Virus record (IMG/VR): IMGVR_UViG_3300021431_000104
Length of the DNA: 64,000 bases
DNA from: an uncultured virus (IMG/VR IMGVR_UViG_3300021431_000104)
Taxonomy: Duplodnaviria > Heunggongvirae > Uroviricota > Caudoviricetes
Strand: one strand, 5' to 3'
Part shown: piece by piece, positions 55,317 through 64,000 of the stretch
Layout: each line of letters begins with the position of its first letter
Numbering within the stretch: the stretch's first letter is position 1
Notes under the pieces: model-generated
Database searches by the model: none
What the model saw: the letters and a program-made list of their open reading frames with translations, nothing else
Told to the model about the DNA's origin: nothing
Made by a program: the position numbers and the translations under genes

Positions 55317-57341
55317 TTAAGGGAACATTGTATAAGGATTATTTGGATCTCCCATGAAGTTGATGATAGCACTGTTCCCTCCCATACCATCAACATTAAC
55401 ATTCACCTCTGGTAACTTAGCTTGTCCCATTCCAGTAATAATACCAGATCTAGTAGCTTCAGCTATTACTTCTCTGAGTAGATCCTGTTGATGTTGATTA
55501 GTAACTTCGGGGTTGAATTGTTCTTTTATAGCCTCTATCTCTTCATCCTTTTTATTAACAAGGAGTCTAACACCATCCAAGATCATTGGTAAGGCCATGG
55601 TTATTACAATTCCCCAAGGTCCTCCCATGAAACCTAAGATCCTAGAACCTAAAGTACGAGCAACCTGTTGACCTCCTGCAGCTCCAGCAGCCCTTGCTCC
55701 CGCTGCAGTCATACCAGATCCCATAAGCATACCACTCATAGTATTCAAGCCATTGTTAATACCCATACCTCTTACTCCAGCAGACGGGTTAGTAACACGA
55801 GCTCTACCTTGTTGACTAAATACGGTACCCCATGGTGTTCCTATACCACCTTTAGGTATCATACCTTGCATAGCCAGGTATTCACTCATAAGTACTATAA
55901 GAGTCCTGAGATGAGCTTCCATGATAACATATTGTCCATTAGCAGCAGCAGGTCCACTAGATAACCTATTTCCCATAGAAGCTAATTGACTAGCAGAAGT
56001 AGTAGCTATTCGGAAACCGCCGTATAAGGCAGTAGCAGCTCTAACAGCTAACTGTATAGTAGTACCTATAGCCACACCTCTTAAGATTACACCTCCCATA
56101 GTACTTCCGGCTAGAGTATTCATAACCGAGAGTATAGCGTTAGTAATCTTCAGGACATTAGTAAAGAGAGGTTCTAGTTGTTTACCAGTAGTTGTTACTA
56201 GGTTATCGATATCAGCCCTAAACATAGAAATCTGACCTTCAGCTGACTCCAACCAACGCTGATAAGCATCTCCCAGTTTATTGGTAGCAGAAGCTGACTC
56301 CATCTTTTGAAGCAACTCTTCATATTTAGAAGCTCCACCTGCAGCATCCTCTATCATCTGAGTCATGGCTGCTATCTCACGAGTACCACGAACTCCAAAT
56401 ACATTATAGAAGAAACTGTTTTTCTGGAAAGTGTTTAGACCTTTAGTAACCTCGAAAATCTTACGGTATATTTCACCGAGTGAAATAAGGTGACCTTCGG
56501 AATCCATGAGGGATTTAGCATCTATACCCACAGCTTTAAGCATATCAGAACCCTTTTGTTTCTGACCCGAAGCTGATAATTGGATATAACGCATCATATT
56601 AGCGAGAGCTGTACCTGCTGCACTACCTTGTATACCATAGTTACCCATAGCACCAATACTAGCAGCAGTTTCTTTAAGACCATATCCAGCTCTTCGCATC
56701 TCAGAACCAGAATAAGTAATAGCTTGTGCGAGGTCCTGAAGGTTGGTATTAGATCCAGTAACTACAGCATAGAGTTCGTTAGCCACATTAAAGGCTTCTT
56801 GCTGATTCTCCAAGTTCCTACCAAACATCATGGATATGTTAGTGAACAGGTCAGCTACTCCACCTTTACCACCAGCTTGCATATTGAATACACCAGCCAA
56901 CATACCTACTGGTTCTAGCATCTGTTGTATGGCTTTGTTAGTATTACCTGCCATAGCCATAAACCTAGAAGCAGAGGATAGGTCCTTATTGGTAAGTGGT
57001 GTAAGTAGGTTTACTTCCTCTACTCTCTTTAGAAGAGCTTCCTGATCTCTTAAACTACCATTGGTCATCTCAGTTGCCCAAAATACATCATTTTGAACAT
57101 CTGCGAAATATCTGTAGGAATCTATTAAACCGCCCATAGAGGCTAAAGCCATACCGGCTGCACCACGGGACCATAACATTTCTGTAAGTCCCCTTGGTGC
57201 CATTGAAGAAGAGTATATCTCTTCCATCATACCCCGGTAAGCTTTAGCTATACTATTGGCTTGGTTGGTAAATTGGTCTTGGAGGACCATGGCTATACCT
57301 ACAGAAACCATGGCCTGACTAGAACTCATACCGCCTATCAT
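55317..57341 (-). CDS. Tape measure protein
   Basis: TP901-type GIQGSAAGTAL, DSEGHL, FGVRG; A/G/M-rich helical sequence. Confidence 0.9.
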   Translation of the reverse strand: MIGGMSSSQAMVSVGIAMVLQDQFTNQANSIAKAYRGMMEEIYSSSMAPRGLTEMLWSRGAAGMALASMGGLIDSYRYFADVQNDVFWATEMTNGSLRDQEALLKRVEEVNLLTPLTNKDLSSASRFMAMAGNTNKAIQQMLEPVGMLAGVFNMQAGGKGGVADLFTNISMMFGRNLENQQEAFNVANELYAVVTGSNTNLQDLAQAITYSGSEMRRAGYGLKETAASIGAMGNYGIQGSAAGTALANMMRYIQLSASGQKQKGSDMLKAVGIDAKSLMDSEGHLISLGEIYRKIFEVTKGLNTFQKNSFFYNVFGVRGTREIAAMTQMIEDAAGGASKYEELLQKMESASATNKLGDAYQRWLESAEGQISMFRADIDNLVTTTGKQLEPLFTNVLKITNAILSVMNTLAGSTMGGVILRGVAIGTTIQLAVRAATALYGGFRIATTSASQLASMGNRLSSGPAAANGQYVIMEAHLRTLIVLMSEYLAMQGMIPKGGIGTPWGTVFSQQGRARVTNPSAGVRGMGINNGLNTMSGMLMGSGMTAAGARAAGAAGGQQVARTLGSRILGFMGGPWGIVITMALPMILDGVRLLVNKKDEEIEAIKEQFNPEVTNQHQQDLLREVIAEATRSGIITGMGQAKLPEVNVNVDGMGGNSAIINFMGDPNNPYTMFP

Positions 57342-57520
57342 TTCTTCTTAGTTTTACGCATTTCTTTCATTTTCTTATGGTAGTCCTCTGCTATTTCATA
57401 GAATATCTTCCTGGACCTACACGGAAGTTTGAGATAGGTAAGATAATCCAGGTTTATCTCAGCCCTTGTAATGAATACATACTTGGATTCATTACTTATA
57501 CCTCCGTCAGGTAGAAAAAA
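57338..57520 (-). CDS. -1 frameshift extension of the tail assembly chaperone (gpGT-like)
   Basis: Slippery T TTT TTC at 57520-57514; the -1 frame is open (LPDGGISNESKYVF...KTKKK) to a TGA overlapping the tape measure ATG. Confidence 0.8.
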   Translation of the reverse strand, partial: FFLPDGGISNESKYVFITRAEINLDYLTYLKLPCRSRKIFYEIAEDYHKKMKEMRKTKKK

Positions 57521-58299
57521 GCAGGTACTGCCAATATGGATATCTCCATAAATTGGTGAGTTATAGGGTCTTCTATAGTGGTATTACCCGTAAAGGTAGG
57601 ATCCTTTGACAGAATCTCTTTTCTCATCTCGGCCATATCCTTAATTGAGAAAAGTTTGAAGTTTTGTACCTTCTCCCAATTACCTTCTACCTTAAGCCTA
57701 AGATTACGAGCAATGAGGTCCTTATTACGTGACACATTCTCTATACCCAACTTCATGAGATATTGTTCACTAGCTGCAGTAGCTATATCCCACATAATTT
57801 CCTTACCAGAGCTCAAGGTAAAGGTTAGGTCTTTCAGTTTAGCCTTCCCTGGATGATCTGCATCTGGCTCGGTAGTATAATAAGGTACAGCATCGGGTTT
57901 AGCCAAGATCTCTTCCTCATTTGGCTCCTTACCATAATCTTCCATGATATAATCGGTAAGAAGCTGAGTATAGGTAAACTCTGAAGGCTCCTTTGAATTA
58001 TGTCTTGGCCATTTATAGGTAAACTCCAACTCATCTCCTATAGAGAAGATTCTAGAGTTTATCAAAATTACTGCTCTATCCAGTAATGGTAAATTTAATA
58101 CATCTTCCACTAGAAGTTTGCCAGAAGCAGTAAAATCGGTGTGAATTACTATGCCCGCAATAAATTCATTGAGGTTCATGTAGTTTTTAATACTTGCAGG
58201 ATTAGAAAGTATCTCCTCATCCTCACCGTTTTGTTCACGAATTTCACAAGTATACCCTGAAGGTAAAGTGAAAGTCATTGTTCTTAATTTGATGTCCAT
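57496..58299 (-). CDS. Tail assembly chaperone
   Basis: Lies between tube and tape measure genes; duplicated FTLPSG/FTLSSG; ends with AFF at the slippery site. Confidence 0.8.
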   Translation of the reverse strand: MDIKLRTMTFTLPSGYTCEIREQNGEDEEILSNPASIKNYMNLNEFIAGIVIHTDFTASGKLLVEDVLNLPLLDRAVILINSRIFSIGDELEFTYKWPRHNSKEPSEFTYTQLLTDYIMEDYGKEPNEEEILAKPDAVPYYTTEPDADHPGKAKLKDLTFTLSSGKEIMWDIATAASEQYLMKLGIENVSRNKDLIARNLRLKVEGNWEKVQNFKLFSIKDMAEMRKEILSKDPTFTGNTTIEDPITHQFMEISILAVPAFFYLTEV

Positions 58300-58343
58300 G
58301 TTGTTTTATGTAATTTAAGTTAAACGTTGTGTGATTAAAAATC

Positions 58344-58384
58344 AAAAAAGGGCCAGAACTAGGATCACTCCCAGAACTAGCCCT
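58344..58384 (-). terminator. Intrinsic terminator after the tube gene
   Basis: AGGGCTAGTTCTGGGA-GTGA-TCCTAGTTCTGGCCCT followed by TTTTT. Confidence 0.75.
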
Positions 58385-58407
58385 CCACCTAAACCAGAGT
58401 GTGTCTG

Positions 58408-58875
58408 TTAGATCTTATCGCAAGTACCTACTGAAAACTCGATATGCTCGATAGAATTTTCAGATGCAGTACGGTCAAATTCAATACCCTCTATCTTCTT
58501 AGGCCATACTTCATCACATAGCCAAGAATTAAGTATTGATTTACCATCTTCAGCCAGTTCATTTACAGTTAAAGTTTCCCAGTACTCTGAAGGAACTAGA
58601 CCTCCACCAGCAAGATGATCCTGGCAAGCCATAAGCCAATCATGAGCCCAGGTATCTGAACCTGAAGTTGTGAGAAGCTTTTCTACTATGAGATCTCCGA
58701 TCTTTACACGACCTGCAGTCTTAACATCCCTATTTACATCGCCATGAGTAACCTCCTCGATTTCAATATCAGGAGTATTTACTTTCTGACAGAGGTAACT
58801 GTTAACGGGATGTTTTGCAAAAGTGATAGAGAATAGGAAAGTCTTTCTTGGGTTTTTTACTTTTGCTTGTGCCAT
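58408..58875 (-). CDS. Tail tube protein (gp19-like)
   Basis: NPRKTFLF, KTAGRVK.GD, W...VWP; follows the sheath gene. Confidence 0.88.
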   Translation of the reverse strand: MAQAKVKNPRKTFLFSITFAKHPVNSYLCQKVNTPDIEIEEVTHGDVNRDVKTAGRVKIGDLIVEKLLTTSGSDTWAHDWLMACQDHLAGGGLVPSEYWETLTVNELAEDGKSILNSWLCDEVWPKKIEGIEFDRTASENSIEHIEFSVGTCDKI

Positions 58876-58894
58876 AGTTATTTAAATATATTAG

Positions 58895-60757
58895 TTATAC
58901 AGAAGTGATAGCAGAGGATACGGTATTAGAAGCCTGCTCATATACCAAGTTAACCTGGATATCCTGCATAGTAGCTACATCCTTAACCTTGATGTTAAGT
59001 TTGTACTTACCGTTACGAGCATCAGCTTCATTGTTAACCTTAAGTTCATCCCATGAGGTAGCATCCTGGTCACCTTCCCAAGTGTACTCGGTAATAGCAT
59101 CATCTGTTACCAAACCATCCATGATGGACTTAGATTCCAGATAAATACGCTTCCAAGAAGTCCACATGTTAGGCTCCTCAATGTAGGATTCAAGGATAGG
59201 TCTAATCTGCTTCTTAATATACAAAGCCAAACGAATAGCATGTATATAACGGAAGCTATCCTGACGGACCTGAGAAGTGAAAGAATGCCAAAGTACTGTA
59301 GCCAAACCAGACATCCTGGTAGACTTAAGTACTATCATGTTCAGACAATTCTCAGCCAACTCATTGAGTTCATCATACCTAGAAGGAGTACCATAGTTAG
59401 CTACTACTGGACCATTACCATCTGGTATTACACCACGATTCAATCCAGCAAAGGATCTGTATGGTCCATAAGTAGAAGCACAGGTATCTGCCAAACCAAT
59501 TACAGTACCAAGTACTGGAGAGTTCACCAGATTACCATTATCGCTGTAATACTTTATACCTCCTGAGAAATAGCAAACCCACTTAGACTTACCTATAACT
59601 CCCTGATAGGTTTTTGTTAGAGATATGAGATTCTCCTTAGTAGTATTCTCCGTAACTGGGATTTCTACAAAGTATTGGAACTCCTCATACTCATTAGCCA
59701 TATTAGCGATGTACTTGTGAACTTGAAGAGCATCAGCTTGTGACAAATGCTGATTTAAATTAGAACAAGCTACTGCATATACATCCTGTACATCTCTGAG
59801 AGCATCAGCAGCTTCCTGCCATTCCTGAGCTGTAGGTGTTGAGCCCTGATTACCGCTTATAACATAAGCAGTCATAGGATTACCAGTACCTACAGTAACT
59901 TCAGTACCTACAGTTAGGATGTTAGAAGTAGAGGCCTCCTTCTGATTAAAGGTAATGGTAACTGGTACACCCTCAGCATCAGCATTCATATAGAGACCAT
60001 CCAGATTCTCCTTGAAGAAGTTTATCATTGGGTCTCCCCCCTTAGTAAAGGTACTAGGTACACCCTTAGATATCAGAGTAGGAGAATCAGACTTCCAGTA
60101 GATATCCCAATACTTACTTGACTGTATGAACTGGTTAAGAGCCGCAGTATCAAATATAAGATGACTAACTCCTGTAGTAGGATTAGTATCAAGGTTTACT
60201 GTGAACATAAGAGCTTTCTCATAAACCTTGTCATCTTTAGTAATGATATAAACATTACCTCGCTCATCAGATTGGATATTAACGAAGATATTCTTACCAC
60301 TGAGCTCTACTGGGTAACCTTTGGCCTTGAAAGCAAACTGTATGACTTTTTCGGAATTACTCGTAGAGTCATCATCATCATTACTCTCATGATCCTCGTT
60401 ACTATTCCAGTAATCTGTAGCTCCTCCAGCAATAGCCATATTAAAGATGGTATCTGGAGCAGTAGCTTGTGGTGTAGTACCAACAAAACCATTACTAGCT
60501 CCTGAACCTACTACTCGGATGATACGGAGTTTTGAACCTCCCTTGAGTGCCTTCTCTATATTAGAGGGGCTACCGTCAGGAACAATTTCAGACCCATAGA
60601 TACTACGGAACTTAGTAACGGAGTTAATCAGGGTTTCACCAAGTCCAACTGGTCCACTAGTAGTACGAGCCATAATACATGAAACTCCATTTAGGGGTTT
60701 CGTAGCTTCAAGGTTATTGTTAATAAGATTGAAGCTCACTTTGGGTGAATTTGGCAT
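58895..60757 (-). CDS. Contractile tail sheath protein
   Basis: MPNSPKV, SGPVG, AGLNRG, FRYIHAIRL, EPN motifs. Confidence 0.92.
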   Translation of the reverse strand: MPNSPKVSFNLINNNLEATKPLNGVSCIMARTTSGPVGLGETLINSVTKFRSIYGSEIVPDGSPSNIEKALKGGSKLRIIRVVGSGASNGFVGTTPQATAPDTIFNMAIAGGATDYWNSNEDHESNDDDDSTSNSEKVIQFAFKAKGYPVELSGKNIFVNIQSDERGNVYIITKDDKVYEKALMFTVNLDTNPTTGVSHLIFDTAALNQFIQSSKYWDIYWKSDSPTLISKGVPSTFTKGGDPMINFFKENLDGLYMNADAEGVPVTITFNQKEASTSNILTVGTEVTVGTGNPMTAYVISGNQGSTPTAQEWQEAADALRDVQDVYAVACSNLNQHLSQADALQVHKYIANMANEYEEFQYFVEIPVTENTTKENLISLTKTYQGVIGKSKWVCYFSGGIKYYSDNGNLVNSPVLGTVIGLADTCASTYGPYRSFAGLNRGVIPDGNGPVVANYGTPSRYDELNELAENCLNMIVLKSTRMSGLATVLWHSFTSQVRQDSFRYIHAIRLALYIKKQIRPILESYIEEPNMWTSWKRIYLESKSIMDGLVTDDAITEYTWEGDQDATSWDELKVNNEADARNGKYKLNIKVKDVATMQDIQVNLVYEQASNTVSSAITSV

Positions 60758-60828
60758 AATCTATAAAAAGTTTAAAGTTTGGATAATAAAAGCCTTTATG
60801 TTATAAACATAGAGTATTGTTAATAAAC

Positions 60829-61542
60829 TTAAGTTACATGTACCTGTACGGGTTCTTTTGTTTCATCACCATTACTGTCTGTAAAGTTTATTAGAGCCAG
60901 AATATCCTTAATAGGAGAATAGGTAACATCTGGAGACACTAACTCATCTATGTAACTGTCAATTACCGTATAAGAATAAACTTTTTCTAATAAACCATGC
61001 TCTTGGTCATTGTGATCATAGTAATTAGAAACCTCTATATATAGGTTACCGGTCTTACTGAGACCTTTATGCTCTAGATATTCTTGTAAGCTGCTTTCTA
61101 TAAAGGGTTTAATATAACCTCTTACTGGTAAAGCAGTATACATAATACTATGTAGAAGCCTCAAGTCCTCAGATTTACTAGCTACTAAGTGAATATCAAA
61201 CTGTACGTTCTTAGTTTCGAATGGGTAAATGTACTGACGATATTCGTTATTTTCTAGCTCATCTCCAACCATAAAAGCTTCAGTACCTATGTTACCAGGA
61301 TAGTAGGAATTTAGATCTACGGTAATCCTGGGTACAATTTTAGGACCTCTTACCTGATTATTACCTACACCAAAGATATAGATAAACTTCTTTAGAGATT
61401 CCATATCCTTTTGATACCTCTGAGTATTTTCTTGAGATACGGGTAAATATAGATCAGGATCTAAGGTTAGCTTTAGTTGTAAAGCTACCTGCATCAGAGA
61501 AGCCCATATTGATCTTTCTATTATTTCTTGTGTAGTTATCAT
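60829..61542 (-). CDS. Probable tail terminator/neck protein
   Basis: Immediately upstream of the sheath gene; PRITVD motif. Confidence 0.55.
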   Translation of the reverse strand: MITTQEIIERSIWASLMQVALQLKLTLDPDLYLPVSQENTQRYQKDMESLKKFIYIFGVGNNQVRGPKIVPRITVDLNSYYPGNIGTEAFMVGDELENNEYRQYIYPFETKNVQFDIHLVASKSEDLRLLHSIMYTALPVRGYIKPFIESSLQEYLEHKGLSKTGNLYIEVSNYYDHNDQEHGLLEKVYSYTVIDSYIDELVSPDVTYSPIKDILALINFTDSNGDETKEPVQVHVT

Positions 61543-61544
61543 AC

Positions 61545-63524
61545 CTATATACGGGTTATTAATGGTCGATTTATCACTAACTGATGTAGCTTCGAATCTA
61601 CAGAACTTTCATCTACTTCTCCTGGAGAGAAGTACAATCTGCCTATAGCATCCTCTGAATTTTCGAATGGGTTTTCGTTCTCTAGATAAAAATCTGTAAA
61701 TAGTACAGGTAAAAACATAACTTGAGAGATCTCATGTAATTGGTTAGCTAGAGATTCAGTTTGATTAGCTCCTAGCCAATATCTACCCATAAGAGTAGCT
61801 ATACTATTTTTAGTAGCTTCTACATCTCCAGTGTGATCTATGGTATCTGTAGAAGGTATATATTCCCAATAGTGTTTAGAATATATTCCTCTATTAACTA
61901 CATCTTCTGAAGTAACCGCTCCATCTCCGTTATTATAGTATTCTACCTCGTTTACCTCATTAGCTAAACCTTGTCCTGATATCTGACCAAGACTGCCCAG
62001 AGTTTTTATACATAGAGGCATTAATTTAAACATCCAATGTTTACCATTAATCACTCCCCATGGGTAGTGATAGGTATTAGTATGAGAGGGGTTCCTCCAA
62101 CCCAGCCTTCCACTTGTTGGAGGGGTTCCAGTATGCCACATAAAGGTTAACTGTATGGGGTCAAGTAGGGTATTGCCTAATAAGTTACTAGTACTCTTAC
62201 TAAGCCAAGACCCTGCAATATACCTATTATCTTCATCATCTCCATAGGGTTTAATATAGGAAGTTTCCATAACTGAGGGCATTTCTTTGTATATGCCGAA
62301 TATAACGGGTTTACCAATATATTCATAGTATATTATAAAACCATCGGATTTAGTTGGCAAAGAGCTTACTATACCATCCCTTTGCCATAGTTTAGCTGGA
62401 GCTCCTCTACCGGCATCTATAGAAGATCGGATCTTAAACTCTGGAGTATATATACAGTAGTGGCCATAAATGTCATCTTCAGTTTCTGGTAGAGTATGTT
62501 CATATAATTCTGTAGTAGTTATATCTCCTATGTTATAACGACCTAAACCTTCACTACCTACATTACTAAAAGCAGTTAGTGGTACAGAGATTGAACTAAG
62601 GTGATAATTAATGAAGCCCTCCTGTTGAGATATCTTTAAATAAAGTGGTTCAGCTCCGTGTATACCAGAACCTTTACCATCACTTATCTCATTAAAGGTT
62701 ATAGTACCAGACCTACCACTAGTTAGATTATTAGGCTGAACTTTAGCCCATAGTATATAACTAAAGGAAGCATCTACTACATTGGGATTTAAGTAAACGT
62801 TATTATCCCAATAATTTATAAACTCCTCCCAAGTGTCAAAATCAAAATAATTTCCATGAGTATGTTCTAAATCAGAGTATGTCCATATATGGTAATTTAA
62901 CTTTGGTTCTGTTACCCAATCGGGTACTGCAGAAACGTCTGGTCTACAAGGTATTCTACTCTTATTACTTTCTGGAGTATCATCATCTGTTGGTACAACT
63001 CCGTCATATTCGATGTTCTTATAGTACATCTTAAACCATATAAGGTCAATTAGAGTTGTAGAGTTAATCTCTCTACCATAATGTTCTTTAGAAAAATCTC
63101 CAACAGTCTCCTCTAATCCTGCCAAAGTACTGTAGGGTTTACTAATAACCTCTCTTATATAAGTGTTACCACTAATGGTTTCAGTTTTACCACAACTAAA
63201 CCTTACATAAGCCGTATCCTGGACTTTTTTGGTTTCTTCTGAAACCCTAGTATCACCTATACTATATAGTGGAGCTATATAACTCCATGTATAAGAGCTA
63301 GGATCAGGGTCTTCACCTTCTTTACCTTTGTGGGTTAAGGATACGTTATAGATCTTAGTTAATAGATGTATAGAAGCTGAACCCTTAATAGGAGTATTAC
63401 TGTTATTCTTACTAGTAGGAAATACATTGATAGTTTGATTACCTTGTAGGTTATCTAATCTATCTCCTACCACTTCCTGACCGTCTATGACGGCTTTTAG
63501 TTTAAAATGAGATTCTTCTGCCAT
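61545..63524 (-). CDS. Structural/adhesin-like protein with BACON-like segments
   Basis: PDWV...VQPNNLTSGRSGTITF...LKISQ. Confidence 0.55.
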   Translation of the reverse strand: MAEESHFKLKAVIDGQEVVGDRLDNLQGNQTINVFPTSKNNSNTPIKGSASIHLLTKIYNVSLTHKGKEGEDPDPSSYTWSYIAPLYSIGDTRVSEETKKVQDTAYVRFSCGKTETISGNTYIREVISKPYSTLAGLEETVGDFSKEHYGREINSTTLIDLIWFKMYYKNIEYDGVVPTDDDTPESNKSRIPCRPDVSAVPDWVTEPKLNYHIWTYSDLEHTHGNYFDFDTWEEFINYWDNNVYLNPNVVDASFSYILWAKVQPNNLTSGRSGTITFNEISDGKGSGIHGAEPLYLKISQQEGFINYHLSSISVPLTAFSNVGSEGLGRYNIGDITTTELYEHTLPETEDDIYGHYCIYTPEFKIRSSIDAGRGAPAKLWQRDGIVSSLPTKSDGFIIYYEYIGKPVIFGIYKEMPSVMETSYIKPYGDDEDNRYIAGSWLSKSTSNLLGNTLLDPIQLTFMWHTGTPPTSGRLGWRNPSHTNTYHYPWGVINGKHWMFKLMPLCIKTLGSLGQISGQGLANEVNEVEYYNNGDGAVTSEDVVNRGIYSKHYWEYIPSTDTIDHTGDVEATKNSIATLMGRYWLGANQTESLANQLHEISQVMFLPVLFTDFYLENENPFENSEDAIGRLYFSPGEVDESSVDSKLHQLVINRPLITRI

Positions 63525-63525
63525 A

Positions 63526-63999
63526 TCATTGGTATTTTTTTAGTTCTCGTCTAAGATTCGTTATTAGGTATTTCTTAAGCCTTTCTGTACCACCAACAGC
63601 ATTAAAAGAAGGTCTAAACAGGGGTCTAGGTGGAATGGTATTATGAAAAAGATTACTATCTCCTCCATCAGCTCCATCTCCATACTCCAATAATCTTGCT
63701 AGTTGTATTAGAGTAAGTTTAGACTTACGGGACCTTCCATACTTGTTTACTGGGTCTACCGCTTTCTCATTAGGGTTAGGTCCTACATAGTATCTACCTT
63801 GATAGTTTCTTAATTTTATACTATGTAGCATCTGACCTGATAGTTGCCAAAAGCCCTTTACATCGTATTTCTTAAGGTAGTCCTTAGAATGAGGTTTCCA
63901 GGATACTCCTCGGGGAGGTGTATTATACATAATACAACTCCTTATGTATTTTGCTAGCATTTTACCAAAATTAGTGCAAGCTTTATTATAAGCATTCAT
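63526..63999 (-). CDS. Head-tail/neck protein (probably 5'-truncated by the window edge)
   Basis: SGQMLHSI, LARLLEYG, IPPRPLFRPSF. Confidence 0.75.
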   Translation of the reverse strand: MNAYNKACTNFGKMLAKYIRSCIMYNTPPRGVSWKPHSKDYLKKYDVKGFWQLSGQMLHSIKLRNYQGRYYVGPNPNEKAVDPVNKYGRSRKSKLTLIQLARLLEYGDGADGGDSNLFHNTIPPRPLFRPSFNAVGGTERLKKYLITNLRRELKKYQ

Positions 64000-64000
64000 T

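Noticed and set aside
864..60505. Other + strand ORFs in the track (for example 864, 4111, 20270, 38707, 50987, 56580)
   Set aside because: They are antisense to well-supported - strand genes and lack promoters or recognisable motifs.
1..64000. Stop-codon reassignment as in some gut Bacteroidota phages
   Set aside because: Genes are full length in code 11; TAG ends genes with tight coupling (19578, 32566) and TGA occurs in ATGA overlaps.

Overview
This window is a 64-kb segment of an AT-rich lytic-type dsDNA phage with a contractile tail. The host is almost certainly Bacteroidota: there are eight TTTG-N19/20-TAnnTTTG promoters, A-rich leaders without Shine-Dalgarno sequences, and BACON-like segments. 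Nearly all genes lie on the - strand in the standard genetic code. From left to right it contains: (1) two GGCC-rich non-coding islands and promoter/hairpin-delimited cassettes of small, often acidic early ORFs (0.1-8 kb); (2) hypothetical genes, including Lys-rich proteins sharing a KYxYP motif and a protein with an ~80-residue pure Asp/Glu tract (8-18 kb); (3) a long replication, recombination and nucleotide-metabolism block (18-42 kb) with a NusG-like factor, Holliday junction resolvase, SbcC, an HNH-fused SbcD, dNMP kinase, 5'-3' exonuclease, RecA, SSB, GroES, family A polymerase, two thymidylate-synthase-fold paralogs, a duplicated gp56-like dCTPase, dUTPase, an EEP hydrolase, SF2 helicase, primase and DnaB-like helicase; (4) one + strand sigma-like gene; (5) tail, baseplate and neck genes (43-64 kb) with a programmed -1 frameshift in the tail chaperone. 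The best candidate for an undescribed system is a cytosine-substitution pathway built on two divergent dCMP-type synthases (both with Asp at the Asn177-equivalent position). Other candidates are a phage sigma/NusG transcription system, a sphingomyelinase-like enzyme, and a basic-protein/poly-acidic-protein set. All functional calls come from motif recognition by eye; no searches were run.
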